Below are positions 44,441 to 55,546 of a stretch of DNA of 64,000 nt, in pieces. The DNA lies in NCBI GenBank assembly GCA_049840735.1, contig JASGJN010000017.1:64001-128000 (forward strand). The letters are read 5' to 3'. The stretch comes from Anaeromyxobacter sp. (GTDB lineage Bacteria > Myxococcota > Myxococcia > Myxococcales > Anaeromyxobacteraceae). The number at the start of each line of letters is the position of its first letter. Position 1 is the stretch's first letter. Below the pieces are notes generated by a model. It had not been told where the DNA came from. It saw only the letters and a program-made list of their open reading frames with translations, and did no database searches. A program made the translations under genes and the position numbers.

Positions 44441-45661
44441 TCACCCGCCGCGCCGCAGGTCGCACCCCAAGGGCGCATTCGCTGGAGCAAGTGAAAGGGA
44501 CGGAACGAAGGCGGCCATCTTCTCGCGCCCGAAAGCCTGCACCGCTGCCCAGAGGTTGTGCCCGCGGCAGCGAAGGCGAAGGTTGAGGGCGGTGGGCGGC
44601 CCGCCCATCGCCTCAGGGTCGATGTGGTCCAGCTCCAGCTGCCAGCGGCTGCAGCAGCGGTGGCCTTCGGGCGAGATGTAGGAGCAGCAGCCGCCATCGC
44701 GCGCCCAGACAGCGCGGCGGACCCCGGCGGTCACGGTGCGAGGGTCGAAGCGGTAGGCCGTGGCAAAGACCGGGAGCGGGTCGCCGGAGGGAGCTGGAAC
44801 CGGCGCTACCTGGGGGGCCGCCGCCGGGATCGAGGCCTCGGGCGAGGGATCAGCGGGAGCCGCCGCCCTGGCCAGCTCCACCGCACCCTTTCGCTTGGCA
44901 TGCTTCTCGACCGCGCAGCGAAGCGCCTCCTTGAGGACGTCCGCCAGGTTGCCGTCGGGCACCTTGTGCGAGAGGAGCTCGCGAAGCGTCTCGAGGTCCG
45001 CGTGCGCAGCCTCGTCGAGCGTGACGCGCATCGACCACTGCTCCGCGTTGATCGGGTGAAGCTCAGGGCGGCCGGGAACGGGGGTGGGCGCAGTGAGCGC
45101 GAATGCGGGCTCCGAGAAGACGCCCGGTTCCTGAGGCTGCGCAGGGGCCACTCCGGCCGGCCCCATCGCCGGTGCAGTCGCACCCTTCGGATCCACCTGG
45201 CGGGGCTGGGGGAGCGGGGGCGAGGAAGGGAGCCGGCGCAGACCGTCCTTGGCCGCCTCGCGCGGCCTGATGGTCACGACCAGCCGCTCCACCTCGGACT
45301 TGGACTTGAAGGTCGCCTGCCCTACCAGCTCGTCCAGGTTCTCCTCGGTCATCACCTCGCGGAGCATCCCCAGGGTGGTCAGGGAGAGCCGGCCCTCCCG
45401 CAGCGGCGCCTCGAGGGAGGGGAACCGGGAGAGGAGCCGCATGGCCGCGATGCGGCGGTACGCGCCGCCTTCCGGAAGGTGCAGCACCTCACGGCAAAAC
45501 GCCCAGAGGGAGGGATAGCCCAGGTCCAGGTAGAACTTCCGCCGCTCCACCTCCGCCAGCGCAAGCAGGGACTCGACCTTGATGCCCCGCTCGTCCGCTG
45601 CGAGCGACTTCACGTGGGCGATGAGGGAGCTGTTGTCCAGCGCATCGAATCGAACGACCAT
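44441..45661 (-). CDS. HNH endonuclease with long N-terminal helical (DUF222-like) domain
   Basis: GGAGG RBS before ATG 45661; LGYPSLWAFC; C-terminal RRAVWARDGGCC...ELDHIDP..GG..NLRLRCRGHN. Confidence 0.88.
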   Translation of the reverse strand: MVVRFDALDNSSLIAHVKSLAADERGIKVESLLALAEVERRKFYLDLGYPSLWAFCREVLHLPEGGAYRRIAAMRLLSRFPSLEAPLREGRLSLTTLGMLREVMTEENLDELVGQATFKSKSEVERLVVTIRPREAAKDGLRRLPSSPPLPQPRQVDPKGATAPAMGPAGVAPAQPQEPGVFSEPAFALTAPTPVPGRPELHPINAEQWSMRVTLDEAAHADLETLRELLSHKVPDGNLADVLKEALRCAVEKHAKRKGAVELARAAAPADPSPEASIPAAAPQVAPVPAPSGDPLPVFATAYRFDPRTVTAGVRRAVWARDGGCCSYISPEGHRCCSRWQLELDHIDPEAMGGPPTALNLRLRCRGHNLWAAVQAFGREKMAAFVPSLSLAPANAPLGCDLRRGG

Positions 45662-45941
45662 GGCGTGCACCTCCGGCAGATGCAGCCATGCTAACCGCGG
45701 ATTTCGAGGCGCTTGCCGAGGCCCCTGGCGCCTCGCCAGAGGCGAGATCTCGAGAGCCCATCTCCGCTCCCTCACGCGCCTCCGGGCGCGCCGCAGCGAT
45801 CACGCGGAGGCCTGCAGGAGAACCATTTCCTGCCACAGCGCACCGCGGGGTCCGTGCAGCGGCCAAATCGCGTCAAGCGAAGAATCGCTACGCCCCACTT
45901 GCGCTTGCTCCAGCGCGGGCGACTGACTTCCGGTGCCTGGG

Positions 45942-45979
45942 CTTCGACTCCGCGAGCCCTGCGGGCTCGCTACGCTCAG
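45942..45979 (+). repeat. REP-like structured repeat, copy B
   Basis: CTTCGACTCC-GCGAGCCC-TGC-GGGCTCGC-TACGCTCAG. Confidence 0.8.
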
Positions 45980-46037
45980 CCCGAACGGACGCCTCGACCC
46001 TCCCTGCAATGACCTGACCCAGTCCCCGTCCTGCTCA

Positions 46038-46173
46038 CTCCTTGGGCGCACGCGCTGGAGTAAGTGAGCGTGAACAAGAATGACCTGCCCCCACCCTGCC
46101 CCCACCCGACTCGCATCGTCCCCCTCCTTGGGCGCATTCGCTGGAGTAAGTGAGCGTGAACACGCATGACCTG
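46038..46173. repeat. Two 50-bp direct repeats (46/50 identical) separated by 36 bp
   Basis: ctccttgggcgca(cg/tt)cgctggagtaagtgagcgtgaaca..atgacctg at 46038-46087 and 46124-46173. Confidence 0.9.
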
Positions 46174-46178
46174 ACCCC

Positions 46179-46442
46179 CCCCACCACCCCCCCCACCACG
46201 CCCCCCACCACGCCCCCCACCACGCCCCCCACCGCGCTCCCCACCACGCTCCCCACCACGCTCCCCACCACGCCCCCCACCACGCCCCCCACCACGCTCC
46301 CCACCACGCTCCCCACCACGCTCCCCACCACGCACCCCACCACGCACCCCACCACGCACCCCACCGCGCTCCCCACCACGCACCCCACCACGCACCCCAC
46401 CACGCACCCCACCACGCACCCCACCACGCACCCCATCGCGCT
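46179..46442. repeat. 12-bp tandem array, 22 units, CCCCACCACGC(C/T/A)
   Basis: Units counted directly from the sequence. Confidence 0.95.
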
Positions 46443-46561
46443 CCCCAGCCCCACCCAACTCCCCTCAGCACAGCGCCGCCCACGGCGCAGGGGCAGGGGC
46501 TCCCCTGCGCCCTGTCCCCACGGCAGGATCCCTGCGCCCCCGCCCCCCAGCACGCCCCCCC

Positions 46562-46601
46562 AAACGCAAATCGGCCGCCGATTCCGCGATCGACGGCCGA
46601 C
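46562..46601 (-). terminator. Intrinsic terminator after eno
   Basis: Minus-strand hairpin tcggccgtcgat...atcggcggccga followed by tttgcgttt. Confidence 0.65.
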
Positions 46602-46621
46602 TTGAACGACTCCGCTCTTCG

Positions 46622-47989
<1,368 letters not shown>

Positions 47990-48125
47990 TCAACGCTTTT
48001 CCTGGGCGGCGGATCGCCGCTCGGAGCGCCGCAAGACGTGCGTGGCGCCATAAGAAATTCGCGCGCCGGGGATGCGCCCTGGCGCGCGTTCGAGGGACGA
48101 CCTGGGGGGCGTGCTGCGCGGCGAG

Positions 48126-48302
48126 CTAGCTGCCGTAGTCGATGATCACCACGCCGCGATCGTTGTCGTCGCCGCGGTCATCCGACCGGTCGGTCGGGCG
48201 CGCCGGGCCGACGGGAAGCGGCAGCTCGATCGCCGGGCGGTCGTCGCGACCCTTGTCGCGCTCCCGCCGCTTGATCTCCTCGATGACGTAGGCGTCCAGC
48301 AT
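48126..48302 (-). CDS. Small 58-aa hypothetical protein (absent from the ORF track)
   Basis: MLDAYVIEEIKRRERDKGRDDRPAIELPLP...DRGVVIIDYGS*; AGGAG RBS; GC3-rich codons. Confidence 0.7.
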   Translation of the reverse strand: MLDAYVIEEIKRRERDKGRDDRPAIELPLPVGPARPTDRSDDRGDDNDRGVVIIDYGS

Positions 48303-48608
48303 CGCTCTCTCCTGGCCTCGTCTTCGCCGCCTTCTCCTCGGGGTGCAAACCGCGTTCCCCTGCCGGTCCTTCCCTCCTGACGACCGTGGAGCAACCCTGA
48401 TTCTCTCTTAACGGCCTCTTCCCGCACCTTCCAGTGGCCCAAACCCCTGAACGGGCCCGCCCATTTTGACGTAACACCCACCCATGGGCGGGTCAAGGTA
48501 GGGACGGAGGGGACCCTGTCGACCCGCGGCCAAGCGCGCACGCCCGCTGGGAGACCGGGGCGCCGGCGCCACGGTGCCGTGGAGTTCCGGCGACGGGAAC
48601 GCGGCGCG

Positions 48609-49058
48609 TCAGGCGCGCTTCTTCTCCGCGCGGGCCTTGAAGGCCTGCAGGTTGCGGGGGAGCGAGACGCGGGTCATCTCGTCGCTCACGCGGTCGATCA
48701 GCGACTGCGGGACGAGCGGCGGCTTGGTCACCTGGATCTCGACGGCGTAGCGCGCGCGCGTGGCGTTGCCTTCCGCGGCGAGATCCCAGGAGCCGTTCGA
48801 GACCTTCATCATGTCGCCCGAGACGAGCGACCAGGTCACGCGGTGCGGCCGCTCCTCCTGGTGCCTGAGCACGTAGGTGATGCGCTTGATGCCCAGGTCC
48901 AGGTCGTACTGGACTTGGCGCTCCGGCCCCTCGCGGATCACCCGGCACGCCTTGATGCCCGGGACGAACTCCGGGTAGCGCGCATAGTCCACGATGACCT
49001 GGAACACGTGCTCCAGCGGGGCAGCGATGACGATCTCCTGGCTGTGCCGGTCTGCCAT
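48609..49058 (-). CDS. SRPBCC/START (polyketide cyclase-like) protein
   Basis: VFQVIVDYARYPEFVP, NGSW. Confidence 0.85.
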   Translation of the reverse strand: MADRHSQEIVIAAPLEHVFQVIVDYARYPEFVPGIKACRVIREGPERQVQYDLDLGIKRITYVLRHQEERPHRVTWSLVSGDMMKVSNGSWDLAAEGNATRARYAVEIQVTKPPLVPQSLIDRVSDEMTRVSLPRNLQAFKARAEKKRA

Positions 49059-49087
49059 CCGTCGGTCCTAGCGCGGCCGCCTGCGGC

Positions 49088-50063
49088 TCACCAGCCGTAG
49101 TTGGGGCTGCGGGTGAAGTGGTGGATGGAGTCGATGAAGCGCAGCGTGGCGGTGCGCGAGCGCATCACCACCGAGTGGGTCCGGCCGCCGTCGCCGGTGA
49201 AGACCACGCCGCGCAGCAGGTCGCCGCTCGTCACGCCCGTGGCCGCGAACATCACGCTGCCGCCGGCCAGCTCCTCGGCGGTGCGGATCCGGTCCGGCTC
49301 GGCCAGCCCGGAGGCGCGGGCCCGCTCCCGCTCGACCTCGCCCTTGAAGACCAGCCGGCCCTGCAGCTCACCGCCGGCGCAGCGCACGGCCGCCGCGGCG
49401 ATCACGCCCTCGGCCGCGCCGCCGGTGCCGAGCAGCATGTCCACGCCCGTCTCCGGGAAGCAGGTGGCCAGCGCGCCGGCCAGGTCGCCGTCGGTGAGCA
49501 GCTTGATGCGGGCGCCCGTCTCCCGCACCGCGGCGAGCAGCCCCTGGTGACGCGGCCGATCGAGGATCACCACCGTCAGGTCCTCGACGTACTTGCCCAG
49601 CGCGTCGGCCACGCGGCGCAGGTTCTCCACCGGCGGGCGGCGGAGGTCGATCGCGCCCTGGGCCGCCGGCCCCACGGCGAGCTTCTCCATGTAGGCGCCG
49701 GGCGGGACCCGCAGCAGGGCGCCCAGGTCGCCCATGGCCACCGCGCTCACCGCGTTGGCCGCGCCGGTGGCGCACAGGTGCGCGCCCTCCAGGGGCTTGA
49801 CCGCCACCTCGAGCTCGACGGGCTCCTCGCGCCGCCGCCCCAGCCGCTCGCCGGCCGGCAGCGCGGCCGGGTCGGCGCCGGCGGAGCCGCCCTCCCCCAC
49901 CGCGATTCTCGGCGGAGACGGCCATGTCGTTGAGCGCCCTGCGGGTGGCGTCGCGCGCGGCCTGCACCGCCGAGCTGCGATTGCCGCGCCCCATGAGCCG
50001 GGCCGAGGCCAGCGCCGCCGCCTCGGTGACCCGCACCAGCTCCAGCGCCAGGTTCCGGTCCAT
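49088..50063 (-). CDS. glpX: Class II fructose-1,6-bisphosphatase homolog with degenerate active site; frameshift at ~49906
   Basis: MDRNLALELVRVTEAAA, YMEKL, DRPRH, DGD, FAATGVT. Confidence 0.85.
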
Positions 50064-50067
50064 CGCC

Positions 50068-50488
50068 TCAGGGCTCCTGCGCGGCCTGCGCCTCGCCGTC
50101 GGAGAGCCGGGCCAGGAGCTCCCTGGGCATGCGCTGCACGCGGCCCTCCAGGTCCACGCAGGCGTGCACCGTGAAGCCGGTGGCGAGCAGCACCCCGTCC
50201 TCGCGCAGGATCCGGGTAGTCGAAGCGGGCCGAGGCGCGCCTCGCCTCCGAGAGCGCGATCTCCACCGTGAGCAGGTCGTCGTAGCGGGCGGGCTGCTTG
50301 TAGCTCACGCCCGCCTCCACCACCGGCAGGCGCAGGCCGAAGCTGGCCTCGAAGTCGCGGTAGCGCAGCCCCTTGGCACGGATGAACTCGTTGCGGGAGG
50401 CCTCGAAGAAGCGGAGGTAGTTCCCGTAGTAGACGACGCCCATCTGGTCCGTGTCCCCGTAGATGACCCGGATTTGGTGCCTGATCAT
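50068..50488 (-). CDS. YbgC/4HBT acyl-CoA thioesterase; frameshift at ~50214
   Basis: YGDTDQMGVVYYGNYLRFFE, PARYDD. Confidence 0.9.
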
Positions 50489-50509
50489 GGACCGCCACCT
50501 CCGCTCATC

Positions 50510-50547
50510 CCGAGCGTAGCTCGCCCGCAGGGCGAGCGGAGTCGAAG
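50510..50547 (-). repeat. REP-like structured repeat, copy C
   Basis: Minus strand CTTCGACTCC-GCTCGCCC-TGC-GGGCGAGC-TACGCTCGG. Confidence 0.8.
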
Positions 50548-50552
50548 GACGC

Positions 50553-51869
50553 CTAGGCGCTCTCGATGCGGATGAGGCGCGTGGGGGCGAGCGTGGTGGG
50601 ATCGCGATTGATCTCGGCCACCGCCGCCTGCACGTCCGCCTCGCGCGCCTGGTGGCTGACGATCACCAGCGGCACCGGCTTGCCCTGGTCGTTCTGCTCG
50701 CGCTGCTGGACCGCGGCCACCGAGATGTTGCGCCGCGCCAGCTGGGTGGCGATGCGCGCCAGCACGCCCGGCGTGTCCTTGACCGAGAAGTTCAGGTAGT
50801 AGCCGCAGCGGATCTCGTCGTGGCCGCGCAGCGCCACCTGCGGCCGGGCCGGCGGCAGCGGCACGCGCCCCGGGCTGCCGGCCAGGATGTTGCGGGTCAG
50901 GTCGATGATGTCCGAGACCACCGCGCTGCCGGTGGGCATCGCGCCGGCGCCCTGCCCGTAGAGCATGGACGCGCCCAGCGCCTCGGAGCGGAGCACCACC
51001 GCGTTCATGGCCCCGCGCACGCCGGCCAGCAGCGAGCCGGCCGGGATGAAGGCCGGGTGCACCCGCGCCTCCAGCTGGTCCTGCCCGCCCTCCTCCGCCG
51101 CGCCGCAGCGCCGGGCCACCGCCAGCAGCTTGAGCGCGTAGCCGAACTCCTTGCCCCAGCGGAAGTCCTCCGGGCGCAGCCCCATGATGCCCTCGGTCAG
51201 CACGTCCTGCGGGCCGATCCGGGCGCCGAAGGCCAGCTGCGACAGCACGCAGAGCTTCTGCGCGGCGTCCCCGCCGGAGACGTCCAGCGTGGGGTCGGCC
51301 TCGGCGTAGCCCAGCCGCTGCGCCTCGGCCAGGGCGACGTCGATGGGCTGCCCCTGCTCCGCCATGGCGGTCAGGATGAAGTTGGTGGTGCCGTTGACGA
51401 TGCCGTGCAGGGCGGTGATCCGGTCCGAGGCCAGCGCCTCGCGCAGCGTGCGGATGATGGGCACGCCGCCGCAGACCGCGGCCTCGTAGTAGACGTCGAC
51501 GCCCTTCTCCCGGGCCAGGCGGAAGATCTCCTCGCCGCGCGCGGCCAGCAGCGCCTTGTTGGCGGTGACCACGTGCTTGCCGCGCTCCAGCGCGCCGCGC
51601 ACCAGCTCGAAGGCCTGGTCCACGCCGCCCATCAGCTCCACCACCACGGCGATGGAGGGATCGTCGAGCAGGTCCTGGGTCCGCGTGGTGAGCACGGCGC
51701 GATCGAGCTCCACCGCGCGCGCCTTCTCGCGGCTGCGCACGGCCACCCGCTTCACGACGATGCGGGCGCCCAGCCGGGCCTCGATGTCGGCCCCGTGGCT
51801 GCGCAGGATCGAGAGGACCCCTCCGCCCACCACGCCGAGCCCGGCGATGCCGATCTCCACCTCACGCAT
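50553..51869 (-). CDS. hom: Homoserine dehydrogenase with ACT domain
   Basis: GLGVVG, VTANKA, EAAVCGGVP, NGTTNFIL, GYAEADP. Confidence 0.95.
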   Translation of the reverse strand: MREVEIGIAGLGVVGGGVLSILRSHGADIEARLGARIVVKRVAVRSREKARAVELDRAVLTTRTQDLLDDPSIAVVVELMGGVDQAFELVRGALERGKHVVTANKALLAARGEEIFRLAREKGVDVYYEAAVCGGVPIIRTLREALASDRITALHGIVNGTTNFILTAMAEQGQPIDVALAEAQRLGYAEADPTLDVSGGDAAQKLCVLSQLAFGARIGPQDVLTEGIMGLRPEDFRWGKEFGYALKLLAVARRCGAAEEGGQDQLEARVHPAFIPAGSLLAGVRGAMNAVVLRSEALGASMLYGQGAGAMPTGSAVVSDIIDLTRNILAGSPGRVPLPPARPQVALRGHDEIRCGYYLNFSVKDTPGVLARIATQLARRNISVAAVQQREQNDQGKPVPLVIVSHQAREADVQAAVAEINRDPTTLAPTRLIRIESA

Positions 51870-51871
51870 GC

Positions 51872-52594
51872 TCACATCCTCCCGACGGGCGCCACCTTGT
51901 ACGACTGCAGCAGGTTCCTGGACTGGGGGGTGACCCGCCCGTCCACCACCACGAAGGTCTCGATCCGCACCGGCCCGACCAGCGGGGCGTAGGTGATCTC
52001 GAGGATGTGGTCGGTGGTGGGGCTGGCCCGGTTGTGCGACCGGACCCGCACGCAGCCCTCGAACCGGCCGGCCGGGACCTCCACCGTCTCGTTCACGGCG
52101 GCGATCTCGAACCGCTCCACCGAGCTGACCGAGACCACGGAGGACCAGGCGTTCCCCTCGGCCAGGGGGCGGCAGAGCAGCCGGCGCTGGCGGTCGTGGA
52201 CGCAGTCGCCGTCCACGCGCAGCTCGGCCCGCTGGTCGTCGCGGTAGTAGCCGTCGGCCATCCGCTCGATCACGCGGACCGTGTGCACCTTGCCGCGCGC
52301 GGCGGGGATGGCCGGCGACTGGTCCACGTAGCTCCACTCGTTGCCCACCGCCAGCGGCCAGAACTCGGCCGGGCCCAGCCCGTCGCCCCTGGCCGGCGGC
52401 CTGGGCGCGGGCGCGGCGGCGGCCTTGCCCGGCGCGCCCGGCTGGGCGGCCGGCGCGGGCGCCTTGGCGCCGGCAGGGGGCGTGGCCTCGGCGCGAGGGG
52501 CCGGGGCGGAGGTGGGCGGCGGCGGGGCCGGCGTCTGGACCCCGGCGCAGGCGAGCGCGAGGGTCACGGGGACGAGCAGGATCGGTGCACGCAT
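51872..52594 (-). CDS. Hypothetical lipoprotein
   Basis: LALAC lipobox; FWPLAVGNEWSY; VEVPAGRF. Confidence 0.75.
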   Translation of the reverse strand: MRAPILLVPVTLALACAGVQTPAPPPPTSAPAPRAEATPPAGAKAPAPAAQPGAPGKAAAAPAPRPPARGDGLGPAEFWPLAVGNEWSYVDQSPAIPAARGKVHTVRVIERMADGYYRDDQRAELRVDGDCVHDRQRRLLCRPLAEGNAWSSVVSVSSVERFEIAAVNETVEVPAGRFEGCVRVRSHNRASPTTDHILEITYAPLVGPVRIETFVVVDGRVTPQSRNLLQSYKVAPVGRM

Positions 52595-52638
52595 GTCAGG
52601 GCATCCTAGCGGAAAACCGGGGCGTCGCGGGGCCCGCG

Positions 52639-53526
52639 CTACTTCCCGTCGGCCACCCGGGCCGCGTCGCCCTCCCGGGCGTCCAGCTCGCGCATGGCCT
52701 CGGCCGCCGCGCCCTGGACGCGCGGGTCGGGGTGGCCGGTCCGCAGCGTGAACAGGAAGGCGCGCGCGTCGTAGCCGCCGATGTCCCCCACGATGCGGGC
52801 CAGCCGGGCCACGAAGGCCGGGTCCTGCCCCGCCGCGAGCTCCGCCAGCGGCTTCACCGCCCGCGGGTCGCGGAGCTGCGCCAGGGCGCCCACCGCCCGC
52901 TGCACCACCCGCGGGTCCGGATCCTCGAGGCGGCGGATCAGCGCCGGCACGGCGGCCGCGTTCCCCTCCTCGCCCAGCTTGCGGACCGCCCGCTCGCGGA
53001 CGTCCGGATCGCTGGAGTCGAGCTCGGCCAGCGGGCTGCCGCCGGGCTTCCGCCCCTGGGCGTTGGCGCGGGCGACGTTGCGGGCCGCCTCCGCCAGCGC
53101 CCCGTCCAGCGCGACGGCCCAGGCCGCGACCTCGTCGCCGCCCAGCGGCGCGGCGCCGGTGCCCGGCTCGGCGTAGGTCAGGCTCTCCGGCGCCTGGACC
53201 GTGGGCGCCAGCTCCAGCTCGGCCACCACCTCGGCTCGCGGCTGGCGGCTGCCCGGCGCGGGCGGCAGCACGCGCAGGGAGAGCAGGCGCACCCGCCCGC
53301 GGTAGGTCCGCTCCCCCTCGCCCAGCGGGAAGCCGGCCCTGCCCAGGGCTGCCCGGGCGGCCGCCTCGACCGCGGCCGGCTCGAGCCCGGCCTCGCGGAG
53401 GCCCGCCATTCCCGAGTCCGGCTCCACGCGCACGGAGGCCACGTGGATGGGGGCCGGCTTGCGGTCGCAGCCACCGGAGGTGGCGACGACCGCGGCCAGC
53501 GCGAGGACGGAGACGGCGCGGAGCAT
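52639..53526 (-). CDS. Exported HEAT-repeat protein
   Basis: Signal/lipobox; DPDVRERAV..LG, AVPALIRRLED, DPRAVKPL. Confidence 0.8.
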   Translation of the reverse strand: MLRAVSVLALAAVVATSGGCDRKPAPIHVASVRVEPDSGMAGLREAGLEPAAVEAAARAALGRAGFPLGEGERTYRGRVRLLSLRVLPPAPGSRQPRAEVVAELELAPTVQAPESLTYAEPGTGAAPLGGDEVAAWAVALDGALAEAARNVARANAQGRKPGGSPLAELDSSDPDVRERAVRKLGEEGNAAAVPALIRRLEDPDPRVVQRAVGALAQLRDPRAVKPLAELAAGQDPAFVARLARIVGDIGGYDARAFLFTLRTGHPDPRVQGAAAEAMRELDAREGDAARVADGK

Positions 53527-53535
53527 CTCGACAGC

Positions 53536-55314
<1,779 letters not shown>

Positions 55315-55546
55315 GTACGTCCTTGAAGGTGAAAGGTGTCGGAAGGTGTCGGGCGCCGCCGTCTGCGGGCGGCCTGCCACGGCTCTGCCATCTTCGGGCC
55401 GGTCCCCTGCCCTGTCAATCTTGAAAGTACCTGATTCCCTGATGATTCTTCCCATCACATGAATCCGGATCCGGACGGGCACGAGCTGGCGCGACGACCC
55501 CAGGGCCGGGTGGTCCTCCGGCCACACCGGGGCGGCCGCCCGGGCC

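Larger units (their letters stand above)
44471..46173. mobile_element. Putative HNH-encoding element delimited by repeats
   Basis: Core CGCTGGAG(C/T)AAG at 44480(+), 45904(-), 46053(+), 46139(+); lies between core genes. Confidence 0.5.

Noticed and set aside
46038..46173. Canonical CRISPR array
   Set aside because: Only two 50-bp repeats, a low-complexity spacer and no cas genes in the window; kept only as a non-CRISPR repeat finding
45800..46605. ORFs with WGAW, RGGV, VGCV and PTT repeats
   Set aside because: All are translations of the 12-bp tandem array, which is open in many frames; no RBS or codon-bias support
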